Assembly: GCA_029855935.1 (NCBI GenBank)
Contig: JAGSHN010000030.1
Coordinates: forward strand, 1-64,000
Direction: 5' to 3'
Source of the DNA: Candidatus Thorarchaeota archaeon
Lineage (GTDB): Archaea > Asgardarchaeota > Thorarchaeia > Thorarchaeales > Thorarchaeaceae
DNA length: 64,000 bases
The notes under the pieces were generated by a model, which saw only the letters and a list, made by a program, of their open reading frames with translations, searched no databases and was not told the origin of the DNA. The position numbers and the translations under genes were made by a program. Below are positions 19,717 to 29,669 of this stretch, piece by piece; position 1 is the stretch's first letter, and each line of letters opens with the position of its first letter.

Positions 19717-20024
19717 ACCAGCCAGCAGTGGACCAGCTTGTCCATACGCTCGTTCAGCGCGGCCTCGGCATCTACGGCTATGAGAAGATGACAGAGATCT
19801 GCGAGTCCTCCGGTGTGGCACTCCTTGATGACTTCAGCATTGACTGGCTGGATGATGACAGGGAGAGAGCACTAAAGCGGTTCCTCATATCGTACGCTCG
19901 CCAGAACCCGGCAGCCCGGATGACGGTGCTTGTCCTTGCCAAGCGGTACGGAGTTCCTGTCCCAAAGGAGCTGGAGCGAAAGAAGAGATTCCGTGCCAAG
20001 TTCCGTCGGCTCTTTAGGCGTTGA
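19707..20024 (+). CDS. Small helical hypothetical protein
   Basis: 105 aa; overlaps the upstream gene end by 10 nt; GGAGGTG upstream. Confidence 0.7.
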   Translation: MGVDQPAVDQLVHTLVQRGLGIYGYEKMTEICESSGVALLDDFSIDWLDDDRERALKRFLISYARQNPAARMTVLVLAKRYGVPVPKELERKKRFRAKFRRLFRR

Positions 20025-20054
20025 GTTCATTAGAGGCGACAGAGGGGACAATGC

Positions 20055-20990
20055 ATGCGTTTCGGAGTGCAGGTTGAGCCTCAGTTCGGCTTCCCGTACG
20101 AGAGGATACTTGAGATCGCTAGCGAGGCCGTTGAGAATGGTCTCCCCTCGGTCTGGTTCTCGGATCACTTTATGCTGAACAGAGAGGCGGGAGACCGGAT
20201 ACTGCTCGACCCCTGGCTCGTGATGGCAGCCCTCTCTCGTGACACCGAAGACGTACGCCTGGGTGGTCTTGTCTTCTGCAACTCATACAGGATGCCAACG
20301 CTGCACGCAAAGATGGGTGCAACACTGGACGTTCTGTCGAACGGCCGGCTTGAGTTCGGCATTGGTGCTGGATGGAAGGAGATTGAGTACCGTGCCTACG
20401 GGTACGAGTTCCCACCAGCACCCACGAGGATTGCTCAGCTCTCAGAGGCACTACAGATAATCCGTTGTGCGTGGACGGAGGAGCGCTTCTCTTTCCACGG
20501 CAACTACTACCATGTCGAGGAGCACATATCCTATCCGAAACCGGTCCAGCGACCGCATCCGACCATCTGGGTTGGGACAATGACAGCAGGTCCGAAAATG
20601 GTCGATGTCGCAGCCCACTACGGGGACGGTATCAACGTGGCCTGGCGGTTCCGACCTGAAGAGTGCAAGAGGATATTCGACGAGCTGGATGACCGGGCAG
20701 AGAAGTACGGGCGGAAGAGAGGTGCTATCAAGAGGTCCGTGGGACTATGGACGCATGTCTTTGCCTCAGAGGCCGAGTATCAGAGGGGCCTTGAGAGTGA
20801 GGCTGCAAGAAGGGGCATCTCGGTCGAGCAGCTCAGGGAGAGAGTATCAACGGCGCTCTGGGGTACAGTCGACCAGGTCGCTGACAGACTCCGCGAGTAC
20901 GAAGAGCTCAACGTGGAGTATGCAATATTGATGTTCCCCCACGGTGAGGAGCTAGACCAGATGCGCCTACTGAGGGAGAACGTCGTCTGA
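20055..20990 (+). CDS. LLM class (F420-dependent) oxidoreductase
   Basis: WFSDHF, DPW, LDVLSNGRLEFGIGAGW, PKPVQRPHP. Confidence 0.9.
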   Translation: MRFGVQVEPQFGFPYERILEIASEAVENGLPSVWFSDHFMLNREAGDRILLDPWLVMAALSRDTEDVRLGGLVFCNSYRMPTLHAKMGATLDVLSNGRLEFGIGAGWKEIEYRAYGYEFPPAPTRIAQLSEALQIIRCAWTEERFSFHGNYYHVEEHISYPKPVQRPHPTIWVGTMTAGPKMVDVAAHYGDGINVAWRFRPEECKRIFDELDDRAEKYGRKRGAIKRSVGLWTHVFASEAEYQRGLESEAARRGISVEQLRERVSTALWGTVDQVADRLREYEELNVEYAILMFPHGEELDQMRLLRENVV

Positions 20991-21101
20991 CCATCACTTC
21001 GACAAGGCAGCAAGGGACAGATGGCGTCTAGGAAAGGTCCTTGCGTCACTGGCGACGATCCAGTGGCCACTGGTAGATGCTCTGCCGGTCTCGACCGCTC
21101 C

Positions 21102-21383
21102 TCAGGAATCGCCGCTGCGAAAGAGCTCCTTCAGCGCAGCAGGCTCGCTGCCCTCGCCCACCGGCCGGATACGGTAGTCAGGATAAGTATGGCTCAGCCT
21201 TGCGGCGACCCTTGTGCCTACCAGCTTCGTGACGACGTCCGCCTTCTTCCCCCGCCAGAGGTAGATGACCTTGTTATCGTGGTCGATCAGGACCAGAACC
21301 TTCTTTGTGTCAAGCTGCCGGATAGGGCCATCGGTCTCGATCAGGCGCGCCTTGGAGTCTATCTCAAAGGTCTCTACGTTCAG
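21102..21383 (-). CDS. Single-domain gelsolin-like protein
   Basis: LDTKKVLVLID..IYLWRGKKA..VGEGSEPAALKELF gelsolin motifs; start uncertain (CTG after GGAGGTG, or 21440). Confidence 0.8.
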   Translation of the reverse strand: MNVETFEIDSKARLIETDGPIRQLDTKKVLVLIDHDNKVIYLWRGKKADVVTKLVGTRVAARLSHTYPDYRIRPVGEGSEPAALKELFRSGDS

Positions 21384-21449
21384 AGGAGCACCTCCATTCT
21401 CTCGTACAGTTGCGGCCCGCCTTATCATCCTTTCCTGCACCTAGGTAGC

Positions 21450-22100
21450 TCAGCCTGGCACGCCCGTAGTCCACGCAAGAAGGAACAGGATCAGGGCCGT
21501 GACGAGACCCGCAAAGAGAGTCTTCGCCCCGTATCTTATCATACTCTTCTTTGAGATGCTGCCCAGGAACATCCCGAGGAGGAACAGGAGGAGCAGACTT
21601 GCCCCTATCGACATCAGAAAGGCGAGCTGATAGGGAATAATGCCTGACGGCACGAAGAGCAGCGGCATCATTATTATCAGCGCCGCCACCGCTGGTGAGG
21701 CCCCGTCCACTATGGCGACTACGACTGAGGTGGTCTTTGATGCCTTGGCATACATCGAGTGGCTCATATCGGTGAGCATTGCCCTTCCTATCTCCTCGAC
21801 CTCCCGTTCCCGCTCAGCGCTCTCTGCGAGATACGATCCCGAGAGGCCGGAAACGGCCATTGCAATGCTAGTCCCGAGAGCCCCCAAGAGGATGGCGTGA
21901 AAACCCGGGCCAGGATTCTGGGGATTGATCGTGAGCAGGCCTCCGAGAAGCAGTCCGAGCATAGTCAGTGCGCCGTCGAATGCGTTCATTGCAAGATAGC
22001 GACGAGCTATCTCGACACCGTGAGTTATCTCGAGAGCCCTCATTATCTTCGCTATTCTGCCCTCTTCCTCTTCCGAACGGTTTTTTCCGCCAGTTGTCAA
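21450..22100 (-). CDS. VIT1/CCC1 family transporter
   Basis: RRYLAMNAFDGALT, AMAVSGLSGSYLAESAE, 5 TM. Confidence 0.8.
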   Translation of the reverse strand: MTTGGKNRSEEEEGRIAKIMRALEITHGVEIARRYLAMNAFDGALTMLGLLLGGLLTINPQNPGPGFHAILLGALGTSIAMAVSGLSGSYLAESAEREREVEEIGRAMLTDMSHSMYAKASKTTSVVVAIVDGASPAVAALIIMMPLLFVPSGIIPYQLAFLMSIGASLLLLFLLGMFLGSISKKSMIRYGAKTLFAGLVTALILFLLAWTTGVPG

Positions 22101-22363
22101 CTACCTTCAGACCTCGCTTGGACGCGCGCTCGTTGCTGACAACGCGCGCACCATTCCTCAATGCGGGCCGGGGTCGCCCATCGACCCGGTCTGACCATAT
22201 GTTGCCGCGCGACAAAGCGTCCCACCCTGAATATAAGTCGGTTGGTCTGAGAGCTGAGCACAAGGACTACGTCGAGAGAGAGCTTGATGAGCATAACATA
22301 GAAAAGCGTTCTCCGCTCTGGGAGCGGGGGCAGCGTGCCTGTCCTGACGAGTGGGTGAGGCTG

Positions 22364-23833
22364 TTGAGCGAGGAAGAGCGCCACCACACAATCACGATCT
22401 TTGACAGACCCAGACTCCTCAGGTTCATTGGCCTGACACAGATGCTCTTCGGGTTCTTTGGGGTGGTTGCCACTGTCGGCCTTCTGTATGCGTGGTCTGT
22501 TGGAGTAGAGTCGCTCAAGGGTGTTGGACCACTGTACGCAGCTGCTCTGTTCTTAGGGGTCGCCCTTCCGTGCCTTGTGATCGGCAACTACGTGGACGAC
22601 CTTCGACGTGAGGCCGTCATAGCCCAGATCCTCTACAGCACGTTTGCTGTGGTCATATCGGCCTATTTCCTCTACTGGAGAGGCATAGACTATCACTGGA
22701 CGTTTCCCTTCTTCGACACACAGTTCGACGTGTTTGTGGGCAATCTCGCTGCTGAAATCCTCGTAGTAGAGGCGGTCTTCGCACTCTACCTCGTCGTGAA
22801 ATGGCACGATGTCGTACCACCACCGGGCACCGTCGTCGAGCGCGACCGCACGAGAGCCCGACTCATTCAGCGCGGAGTCTCGCCCAGTGCGCTCTCTCCC
22901 GCGGTGGTCAGTGCTGACGGAACGGAGCTAACGACGGACCAGCAGGAACGGGTACTGCAGGTACGCAGGGTGGAGACTGAAGAGGGAATGGCAATCCTCT
23001 GCTCGAACTGTGGCGGTGCAACTCCTCTGAGCAAGGTCGCTCCTGACAACACTCTGACCTGCGACTACTGTGGCGTGAGGCTCGGCGTGAGCAGTGTGTT
23101 CGTCCCCTGCAAGAACCATCCAGGCTACCTTGCAGCAACGAGCTGTGCTGTCTGCGGCGGGTACTTCTGCAGGCAATGTCTCACAGCCCAAGAGCCCCCA
23201 GTCGACGAACGATGGGACGGCTCCACAATCTTTCTATGCAAACAGTGTTTCGAGGGGCGATATCGTCCGGCCGTGACGACAGCATCGCTCGTCATTCCAA
23301 TCGAAGAACTGTTCACCAAGGCTGGGGGAAGATTCGCCAAGCTGGGTCAGATGTACAAGCGGTTCCTGTACGGGTACGCCTCTTCTATGAGATATGTGGC
23401 GGAGTTCGGGCTCAAGGTTGCTGTCCCAATGTTGAAGGGGGCCTCTGGCCCGTCGGGGGACAATGCCGCTGCCGCGCTACTGGTCATCATTCTCATCATC
23501 ATAGCAATTCCCGTTCTAGTGGCGGTTCTGATGCTTGCGGCGGGCATCGTCATCATTCCGCTGCTGTTCTACGCGGGTCTGATCAGCATCACAATTCAGG
23601 CCATCCGAATAATCCGTCACACAGACTTTGTCAGCCTGGCCGAGGCCAGGGACCTCTCCATCAGGCGTCGCAAGGAGGTCCGGACCACCGCCCCACCGAT
23701 GCGCGAGGCCACCCAGTCTTGGAGTGCAGCGAGCCGGCCATCTCGGCCACCTCCCATTGGGACGCAACACCTCAGTAATGCCGACCGTCGGAGGCTGCGG
23801 AGAGAGATGGACACCGTCTGGGCCAGGAGGTGA
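22364..23833 (+). CDS. Membrane protein with zinc ribbon and B-box-like zinc finger
   Basis: 4 TM; CSNC..CDYC; CKNHP..CAVC..CRQC..CKQC; C-terminal hydrophobic hairpin; start uncertain. Confidence 0.75.
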   Translation: MSEEERHHTITIFDRPRLLRFIGLTQMLFGFFGVVATVGLLYAWSVGVESLKGVGPLYAAALFLGVALPCLVIGNYVDDLRREAVIAQILYSTFAVVISAYFLYWRGIDYHWTFPFFDTQFDVFVGNLAAEILVVEAVFALYLVVKWHDVVPPPGTVVERDRTRARLIQRGVSPSALSPAVVSADGTELTTDQQERVLQVRRVETEEGMAILCSNCGGATPLSKVAPDNTLTCDYCGVRLGVSSVFVPCKNHPGYLAATSCAVCGGYFCRQCLTAQEPPVDERWDGSTIFLCKQCFEGRYRPAVTTASLVIPIEELFTKAGGRFAKLGQMYKRFLYGYASSMRYVAEFGLKVAVPMLKGASGPSGDNAAAALLVIILIIIAIPVLVAVLMLAAGIVIIPLLFYAGLISITIQAIRIIRHTDFVSLAEARDLSIRRRKEVRTTAPPMREATQSWSAASRPSRPPPIGTQHLSNADRRRLRREMDTVWARR

Positions 23834-24690
23834 TGAAGATATCGGACACAGAGACTGGGAATGACAGCAGCCCGGCCACCATCATGTGCCCCGTGTGCGG
23901 CGGTCAGGTGGTCGTCGCCAACGTCGACAAGGTGAACCGATGCGAGTATTGCGGTAGTCCAGTCCTCGGCCCAGGCCAGAAGTACACCTGTGTGAATCAT
24001 CCTGACCGACGTGCAAAGGGGGTATGTCACGTCTGCGGCGACCTCATCTGCGAGGAGTGTCTTGAGAAGCGAGTCGGAGACTACGGTGGAAAGCTTCTGA
24101 CCATCGTCAACTGTCGGAAGCCCGAGTGTGTGGCAGAGAGCGAGTGGGCACCCCTACTCAATGAGGAGTACCAGCGGATGGTCAACTTCGACTGGGCAGA
24201 CCACATCGACAATATCATCCTTCGAGTGACGGGCCTGGGTGGTGTCCTGTTTATGATATTCGAACTCTTCTTCGTTCTCTCTATGCTCGGTGTCCAGTAC
24301 TTCACAGCCTGGGGACTGTCGGGCAACATTCCCCACGCCCTGTTTCTGGGCGACTATGTCATAGTTCTCTGCATCCTCGGCAACCTGCTGTCGGCCATTA
24401 TCATGCAGACAGCACTGCAGGTCTACGTCCACGACAGGCAGCTCGGTTCAGGCATAATGCTGCTGATCTTTCTCATCATCGAGGTTGTGTTCCTGCTGTT
24501 CCGTGGCGTGGTCTTCAACCTACGGCTGTTTCCAGATCCCCGCCTTCTCCTGTTCCTGACGTTGTCGTTCTCTCTAGCCACCATACTCGTATTCATCGGT
24601 TCATTGATGGCTATTGTTGTGGGCTACAAGAAGCGCAGGCAGATGCAAGAGGCCGCTCGCAGGCTCGGACTGACAGCTGACAGCGGGTGA
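23830..24690 (+). CDS. Zinc ribbon + B-box-like + 4TM protein
   Basis: CPVC..CEYC, CVNHP..CHVC..CEEC; GTGA overlap with upstream gene. Confidence 0.8.
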   Translation: MMKISDTETGNDSSPATIMCPVCGGQVVVANVDKVNRCEYCGSPVLGPGQKYTCVNHPDRRAKGVCHVCGDLICEECLEKRVGDYGGKLLTIVNCRKPECVAESEWAPLLNEEYQRMVNFDWADHIDNIILRVTGLGGVLFMIFELFFVLSMLGVQYFTAWGLSGNIPHALFLGDYVIVLCILGNLLSAIIMQTALQVYVHDRQLGSGIMLLIFLIIEVVFLLFRGVVFNLRLFPDPRLLLFLTLSFSLATILVFIGSLMAIVVGYKKRRQMQEAARRLGLTADSG

Positions 24691-24851
24691 ACTTCGATTC
24701 TCGCAGTACTGACCGCAGAAGAGCGCTCACGCGCCGAAGGTACAACATAGGAACTGTTATCACGAGAGAATGGGCCAACTACAGTTGTCCACCGCGTTGG
24801 GACAATGCGGGAAGACTGTTCCTCGGGTAGCGAGAGAAAGGGCCAATCTGG

Positions 24852-26597
24852 GTGTGGAACGTGACTACTGGTGATGACGACTCTCTGTCGTGCAAGACTG
24901 CCAAGGAGATGCACCTGGCACTAATGCAGCTCTCCGCTGACGGAATCGCCGTAGCACGGGACGGCACCGTCCTGATGGCAAATCCCGCACTGTGCGATAT
25001 GGTTGGAGAAGATCCCGTGGGCAGGGAGATCTCAGCTCTACTCAACCGTGTGCCCGGTCCAGACTCGCGGGGTCCTGTGGCGACTCAGAAGGGAGAGCTC
25101 AGGACGGTCCGCGGTACCAAGATTCCCGTCGAGTACAGCTTTGCGGAGGTCACATTCGAGGGCTCGCCCGCAAGGGTCTATGTGATTCGAGATATGTCAC
25201 AGCAGATAGCAATGGAGCGAGAGGCACAGCTCAGCGCGATCCGCTACAATGAGATCCTGATACACTCACCCGTGGCATTCTTCACAGTCAGTCCCCGCGG
25301 TATCATCACAGACATCAACGTCGCAGCACTGGAACTCCTGGGATACGAGCGCGAACAGCTTGTTAGGAGGAACATTGTCGCGATCTTTCCCCGGACCAAG
25401 GAGGGCCGCCGTGCAGGCGAGGACCTTATCACTTCGGCTGCGAGGGGCAACGTAGTGGCAAATGTCGAGACCCAGTTTAGGCGTAGCGATGGCGAGCTCG
25501 TCTGGGTCAGTGTGACGGCCTACCCGATCAAGATGAAGGAAAACATAGACGTGATAATGGTCATGGCAATGGACATCCATCGACGAAGGATTGCTGAAGA
25601 GCGCGCCAAGATGGAACGCGACAGAGCCAATCTCTATCTGGAGATCATGACCCACGACCTGAACAACATCAATCAGGAGGTGGTCTTCTCTCTCGACCTG
25701 GTCGGCGAGTATGTGGAGATACCAGACGAGCTCAAGGTCAGGCTAGACCAGACGCGCTGGAACATAAGACGTGGCGCACGCATGATACGTAACATGCGGT
25801 CACTGCTGCGGCTCCAGACTGAGCCTCCCAAGAACGGACCGTTTGACCTGAGAGAGCCCATCCGCGATGCCGTCCGGGCCGTGCAGAGCGATATGACCTG
25901 GAAGCGTGTGCAGGTCAACGAGGAGATTCCGGACAGAGAGATTCTGATTGAGGGTAATGAATACCTGTATGACGTCTTCTTCAATGTGGTCCACAACGCA
26001 GCCTTCTTTGATGTGTCCGAGGATGTAGTTGTGGACATCCGTGTTGAGGAGCAGGACGGTACAGTACGGGTCATCGTGGAGGACAGGGGGCCGGGTATTC
26101 CGGACCATCTCAAGGCGGCGGTGTTCCGAAGGACCGACGAGGACGCTCGCAAGATAACCGGTAGGGGCCTCGGCCTGACGCTCATCCATCAGATAATGAA
26201 GACCATACGTGGCCGCGTCTGGATCGAGGACAGGGTTCCTGGCGACCATAGGAAGGGGACTAGAGTTGTTCTCGAGTTTGCCAAGTGGGTGGAACCTGTC
26301 GTTCTCCCCTGCGGACGAAAGACCTGTATCACCTTCTACAAGTCGGCACATTGCCTATTCTGCGAGCCGTCGTTCCAGATTCTCACATCCGTGATGGACG
26401 AGTTCGGAGTGTCGAGAGATCATCTTGAGGAGGTGGACATTGACGACCCCACTGCGGAGGTGGGAGACATCGACCTCTCAATGATGCCGGTGGTACGAAT
26501 ATGCAACAACACGCTCTATGGGTTCTTCTCAGAGGACAACGTCCGGTCGGCCGTCGCGAACCTTTTCGCCCAGCCCTGTTTTCCTCAGAACAGGTGA
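24852..26597 (+). CDS. PAS-PAS histidine kinase with C-terminal thioredoxin-like domain
   Basis: Two PAS, THDLNN H-box, DRGPGI and GRGLGL G-boxes, then FYKSAHCLFCEP..MPVV. Confidence 0.9.
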   Translation: MWNVTTGDDDSLSCKTAKEMHLALMQLSADGIAVARDGTVLMANPALCDMVGEDPVGREISALLNRVPGPDSRGPVATQKGELRTVRGTKIPVEYSFAEVTFEGSPARVYVIRDMSQQIAMEREAQLSAIRYNEILIHSPVAFFTVSPRGIITDINVAALELLGYEREQLVRRNIVAIFPRTKEGRRAGEDLITSAARGNVVANVETQFRRSDGELVWVSVTAYPIKMKENIDVIMVMAMDIHRRRIAEERAKMERDRANLYLEIMTHDLNNINQEVVFSLDLVGEYVEIPDELKVRLDQTRWNIRRGARMIRNMRSLLRLQTEPPKNGPFDLREPIRDAVRAVQSDMTWKRVQVNEEIPDREILIEGNEYLYDVFFNVVHNAAFFDVSEDVVVDIRVEEQDGTVRVIVEDRGPGIPDHLKAAVFRRTDEDARKITGRGLGLTLIHQIMKTIRGRVWIEDRVPGDHRKGTRVVLEFAKWVEPVVLPCGRKTCITFYKSAHCLFCEPSFQILTSVMDEFGVSRDHLEEVDIDDPTAEVGDIDLSMMPVVRICNNTLYGFFSEDNVRSAVANLFAQPCFPQNR

Positions 26598-26686
26598 CGC
26601 TGGCCTGATATTCTAGAATCCTCTCTTCGTTCCGTCCAAGCTGGATTTATTAAAGACCCCACGAACTCAGGAGGGAGGATGCAAAA

Positions 26687-27091
26687 ATGGGACTGATAAG
26701 CCACGTAGCATCACTACTCGACCAGGCCGGCCTCAAGTACCAGGAGGTCGAAGGCTCGCTGATTCTGCTCTGGAAGACAGACCATTTCGATGAGCTGATC
26801 GTGCGGATTGTGCCGAGCAGCAGCGAGGACTGGCTCTATATCTACGCGCCATTCCCGAGCATCAAAGAACTCTCCAAGGAGGACCAGGTGGAACTGGCAT
26901 TCTCCATGCTCAGAGAGTCATGGAAGATGAACGGTGTCAAGCTGGCCCTTGACCCTGACGACGACATCGTTGTTCTCTCCGAGACCAACGACCGCGACCT
27001 CACCGCGGAAGAGATCAATATGTTGGTCGGAAATGTCGTACGGGCCTGCGACCGCCTGTGGGAGCTTCACCGGGAGGCTGTCATGAGCTAG
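26687..27091 (+). CDS. YbjN-like (T3SS chaperone fold) protein
   Basis: Size and pattern MLRESWKMNGVKLALDPDDDIVV; TTTATTAAA TATA and GGAGG upstream. Confidence 0.65.
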   Translation: MGLISHVASLLDQAGLKYQEVEGSLILLWKTDHFDELIVRIVPSSSEDWLYIYAPFPSIKELSKEDQVELAFSMLRESWKMNGVKLALDPDDDIVVLSETNDRDLTAEEINMLVGNVVRACDRLWELHREAVMS

Positions 27092-27242
27092 AGCCTACAG
27101 AGCGCAGACCTAGTCACAGTTCAGATGGGGCCTCGCCAAGGGCACCACTGGTGGCCGCACCTACAAGGGGCAAAGGCAGGCCCCCTCTCCTGTTTTCGAC
27201 ATCTTGATAAGACAGTGCCATCCACCACGTCTGAGAGAGACG

Positions 27243-27782
27243 ATGAGCGGAACGGCACTCAGGGTGGTACTCCCTCCTGAGAAACGGGAGCGACTTGTTC
27301 TGATACTGCATCCCCGAAGGATTGCGTTCATCATCCACTACGTCGTCGGTGCCGTGTTCATATTCGTCGGCTTTCTCTACTATGTGACAGCGGCTGGTGG
27401 GTGGACCGCGGAGAACATGGTCTCCTGGACTCTTGGTCTCATCTCTATTGGAATCGGCTCGCTCATTATGGTCCGGGTCGAACTGAAGCGCAGATACACA
27501 CTGTACATAGTGACAAGCTGGAATGTCCGGACTCGGACGGGAATAGTCCGCCGAAGCACGGTGCGTGTATTCTACGATGAGATTGACTTTATGGAGACCA
27601 CCTCGACTCCCGAGGAGCAGATTGCAGAGATGGGGGATCTCCGCATATTCTCGAAGAAGAGGCCCGATGCTCCGGCAATCGTGTGGTCCAATCTCTGGAA
27701 TCCAGAGGGCATCCGGGAGGTCATCCAGCGCTTTGTGGATACGACCCCTGACCCGCCTCCTTGGTCGCATATTCCGCGGTAG
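27243..27782 (+). CDS. 2TM + bacterial PH domain protein
   Basis: Two TM then YTLYIVTS..RTGIVRR..GDLRI. Confidence 0.75.
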   Translation: MSGTALRVVLPPEKRERLVLILHPRRIAFIIHYVVGAVFIFVGFLYYVTAAGGWTAENMVSWTLGLISIGIGSLIMVRVELKRRYTLYIVTSWNVRTRTGIVRRSTVRVFYDEIDFMETTSTPEEQIAEMGDLRIFSKKRPDAPAIVWSNLWNPEGIREVIQRFVDTTPDPPPWSHIPR

Positions 27783-27889
27783 CCCTGCTCAATCATAGAC
27801 TGGGAACGCCCCGCTCATCGACCGAGTGCACATTGGAAAGTTTCAAGAAGGAGTTATGCTATGTCAGTCTACGGAGGCACCATCGAGAC

Positions 27890-28582
27890 ATGTGGGAACG
27901 GACTGCAATCCGTTTTGAGCAAGAAACGGGTGGTACAATAGTGTCAAGTCTTCCTCTTCGCAGCGCCGAAGTGATTCTATCGGACCGGGGAATATCTAGC
28001 ATAGACCTGGGCCAGTTTGCCCCGCTCGATAATGTGACGGTGATCGACCTCTCCAAGAACCTGCTGCGTAGTCTCGACCTGTCCCCGCTGGTCAATCTCT
28101 CCAGGCTCCGCGTTCTGAATCTCTCAAAGAACCGGTTGGAGAGCATCTCTCTCGCCCCCATCGTAAGGTGCCGCCATCTTGAAACAGTCGACGTCTCACA
28201 CAACCAGCTTAGACAGATAGAACTCGCGGAATTTCCACCTCACTCGAGACTGAAGCGAATCTATCTGAATGACAACAGGCTGACCTCACTCGACCTAGGC
28301 GCATTTGGAAAGTGTGAGGAGCTACAGTTCCTCATCTTGAGCAACAATGAGCTTGAGGCAATCGATCTCAAGCCGCTCGTCGGTTGCCAGCAGCTTGCAT
28401 ACATAGTGATATCTGGCAACAAGATCAGGGAGATTGATGTATCACCTCTGTTTCACGTCTACAGCCTAGAGGTCTTTGCTGTCGACCCCGACACCGTGTT
28501 GTACGCCAACAAGAGGCTGCAGAGTGCAGAGGCCGTACCTCTCCCGATTGCCGACAAGATGTCCAGAATTGAATGGCGATAG
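27890..28582 (+). CDS. Leucine-rich repeat protein
   Basis: About 7 repeats of 22 aa, LxxLxLSxNxLxxIDLxPL. Confidence 0.9.
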   Translation: MWERTAIRFEQETGGTIVSSLPLRSAEVILSDRGISSIDLGQFAPLDNVTVIDLSKNLLRSLDLSPLVNLSRLRVLNLSKNRLESISLAPIVRCRHLETVDVSHNQLRQIELAEFPPHSRLKRIYLNDNRLTSLDLGAFGKCEELQFLILSNNELEAIDLKPLVGCQQLAYIVISGNKIREIDVSPLFHVYSLEVFAVDPDTVLYANKRLQSAEAVPLPIADKMSRIEWR

Positions 28583-28594
28583 TCAAGACGGCTC

Positions 28595-28903
28595 CTATGC
28601 CGGGGGAGGCGGGGGTACGTGATCAGGTGACCTCTGCTCTTCGATACCCAGTGCGATGAGCAGCTTGCCCGCATCCTGATAGCCGAATACGTAGGCAATC
28701 TCGTCGAGTATCTTCCTTGCTGTGATTCCAGTGCCCCGAGTCGTCTTGGCCTCAAGTACCTCTGAGACAAGATCCCTCAGGTCCTGTACAGCGGTCTCCG
28801 ACTTTGCCGCAGTCGTCTCAGAGTCTCCCTGAAGTGCCGCCTCCAGCAGAAGGCGAACAATCACGCGAATTCTTGGCAGATAGTCGTCGAGTTCCATTGC
28901 CAT
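28595..28903 (-). CDS. Hypothetical protein
   Basis: 102 aa amphipathic helical ORF filling the gap between genes. Confidence 0.6.
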   Translation of the reverse strand: MAMELDDYLPRIRVIVRLLLEAALQGDSETTAAKSETAVQDLRDLVSEVLEAKTTRGTGITARKILDEIAYVFGYQDAGKLLIALGIEEQRSPDHVPPPPPA

Positions 28904-29018
28904 TGAGCCTCGTCAGAAACTCTCCTGCCATAGATGAAAAGGTCTCTTCCTGAGTTTGTCATACTCTTGCAATACTAGCCCTCATGACGGATACGTGTAC
29001 GATGGTCTTGTGGTTCCA

Positions 29019-29669
29019 ATGGCCGATCCGGAAGAGACAGCCGCGAGAATGACCATCAAGGTGGCAGGTGAGCTTCAAGACATACGGGACCACTGGGTGC
29101 GCCGTCTCGACCAGTACTTCAGCGACATAGAGAGACTAGTAGATGGTGAGTGGCTCTCAGTTGACGACGTAAAAGGGGTCATCAGGGAGGTCAGGCTCGC
29201 GGCAAGAGAGGCTCTCGACGGTCTTGGCAATGACCTCAGTGCGGTGCTTGTCCACGAGTCGGGGGGACTGTTCGCACGCTTCGAGGCAGAGCGTCAGTCA
29301 CTACTCGATGAGATCAACTCCCTTCGTTCTTCACTTGCAAGGGCACTGTCCGGTCACGAACGTCAGATATGGAGGGAGAACGAGGCCCTGAGAGCCGCAC
29401 TTGAGCAGGTGCCAGAGTTCAAGCTCCTGAGATCCCTGCAAGAGATTGGCACTGCGACCTATAGAGACCTTGCCGCCAAGACAGGCCTCAAGTCTGCGGT
29501 GCTGAAGCGGCTCGTCAAATCGCTCACGGGGATGGGCTACGTCGCTGTGGACAAGAGGTCGCGTCCCCATCGGGTGGTCTATCTGTCTTCGCCGTGGACA
29601 ACGGACGCCACGGCAAGTCTGAATATCGAGCGGCAGGAGGTCACAACGCAACAACCTCCTCTGGCCTGA
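29019..29669 (+). CDS. Coiled-coil + winged-helix protein
   Basis: Heptad-rich N-part; ATYRDLAAKTGLKSAVLKRLVKSLTGMGYV. Confidence 0.7.
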   Translation: MADPEETAARMTIKVAGELQDIRDHWVRRLDQYFSDIERLVDGEWLSVDDVKGVIREVRLAAREALDGLGNDLSAVLVHESGGLFARFEAERQSLLDEINSLRSSLARALSGHERQIWRENEALRAALEQVPEFKLLRSLQEIGTATYRDLAAKTGLKSAVLKRLVKSLTGMGYVAVDKRSRPHRVVYLSSPWTTDATASLNIERQEVTTQQPPLA

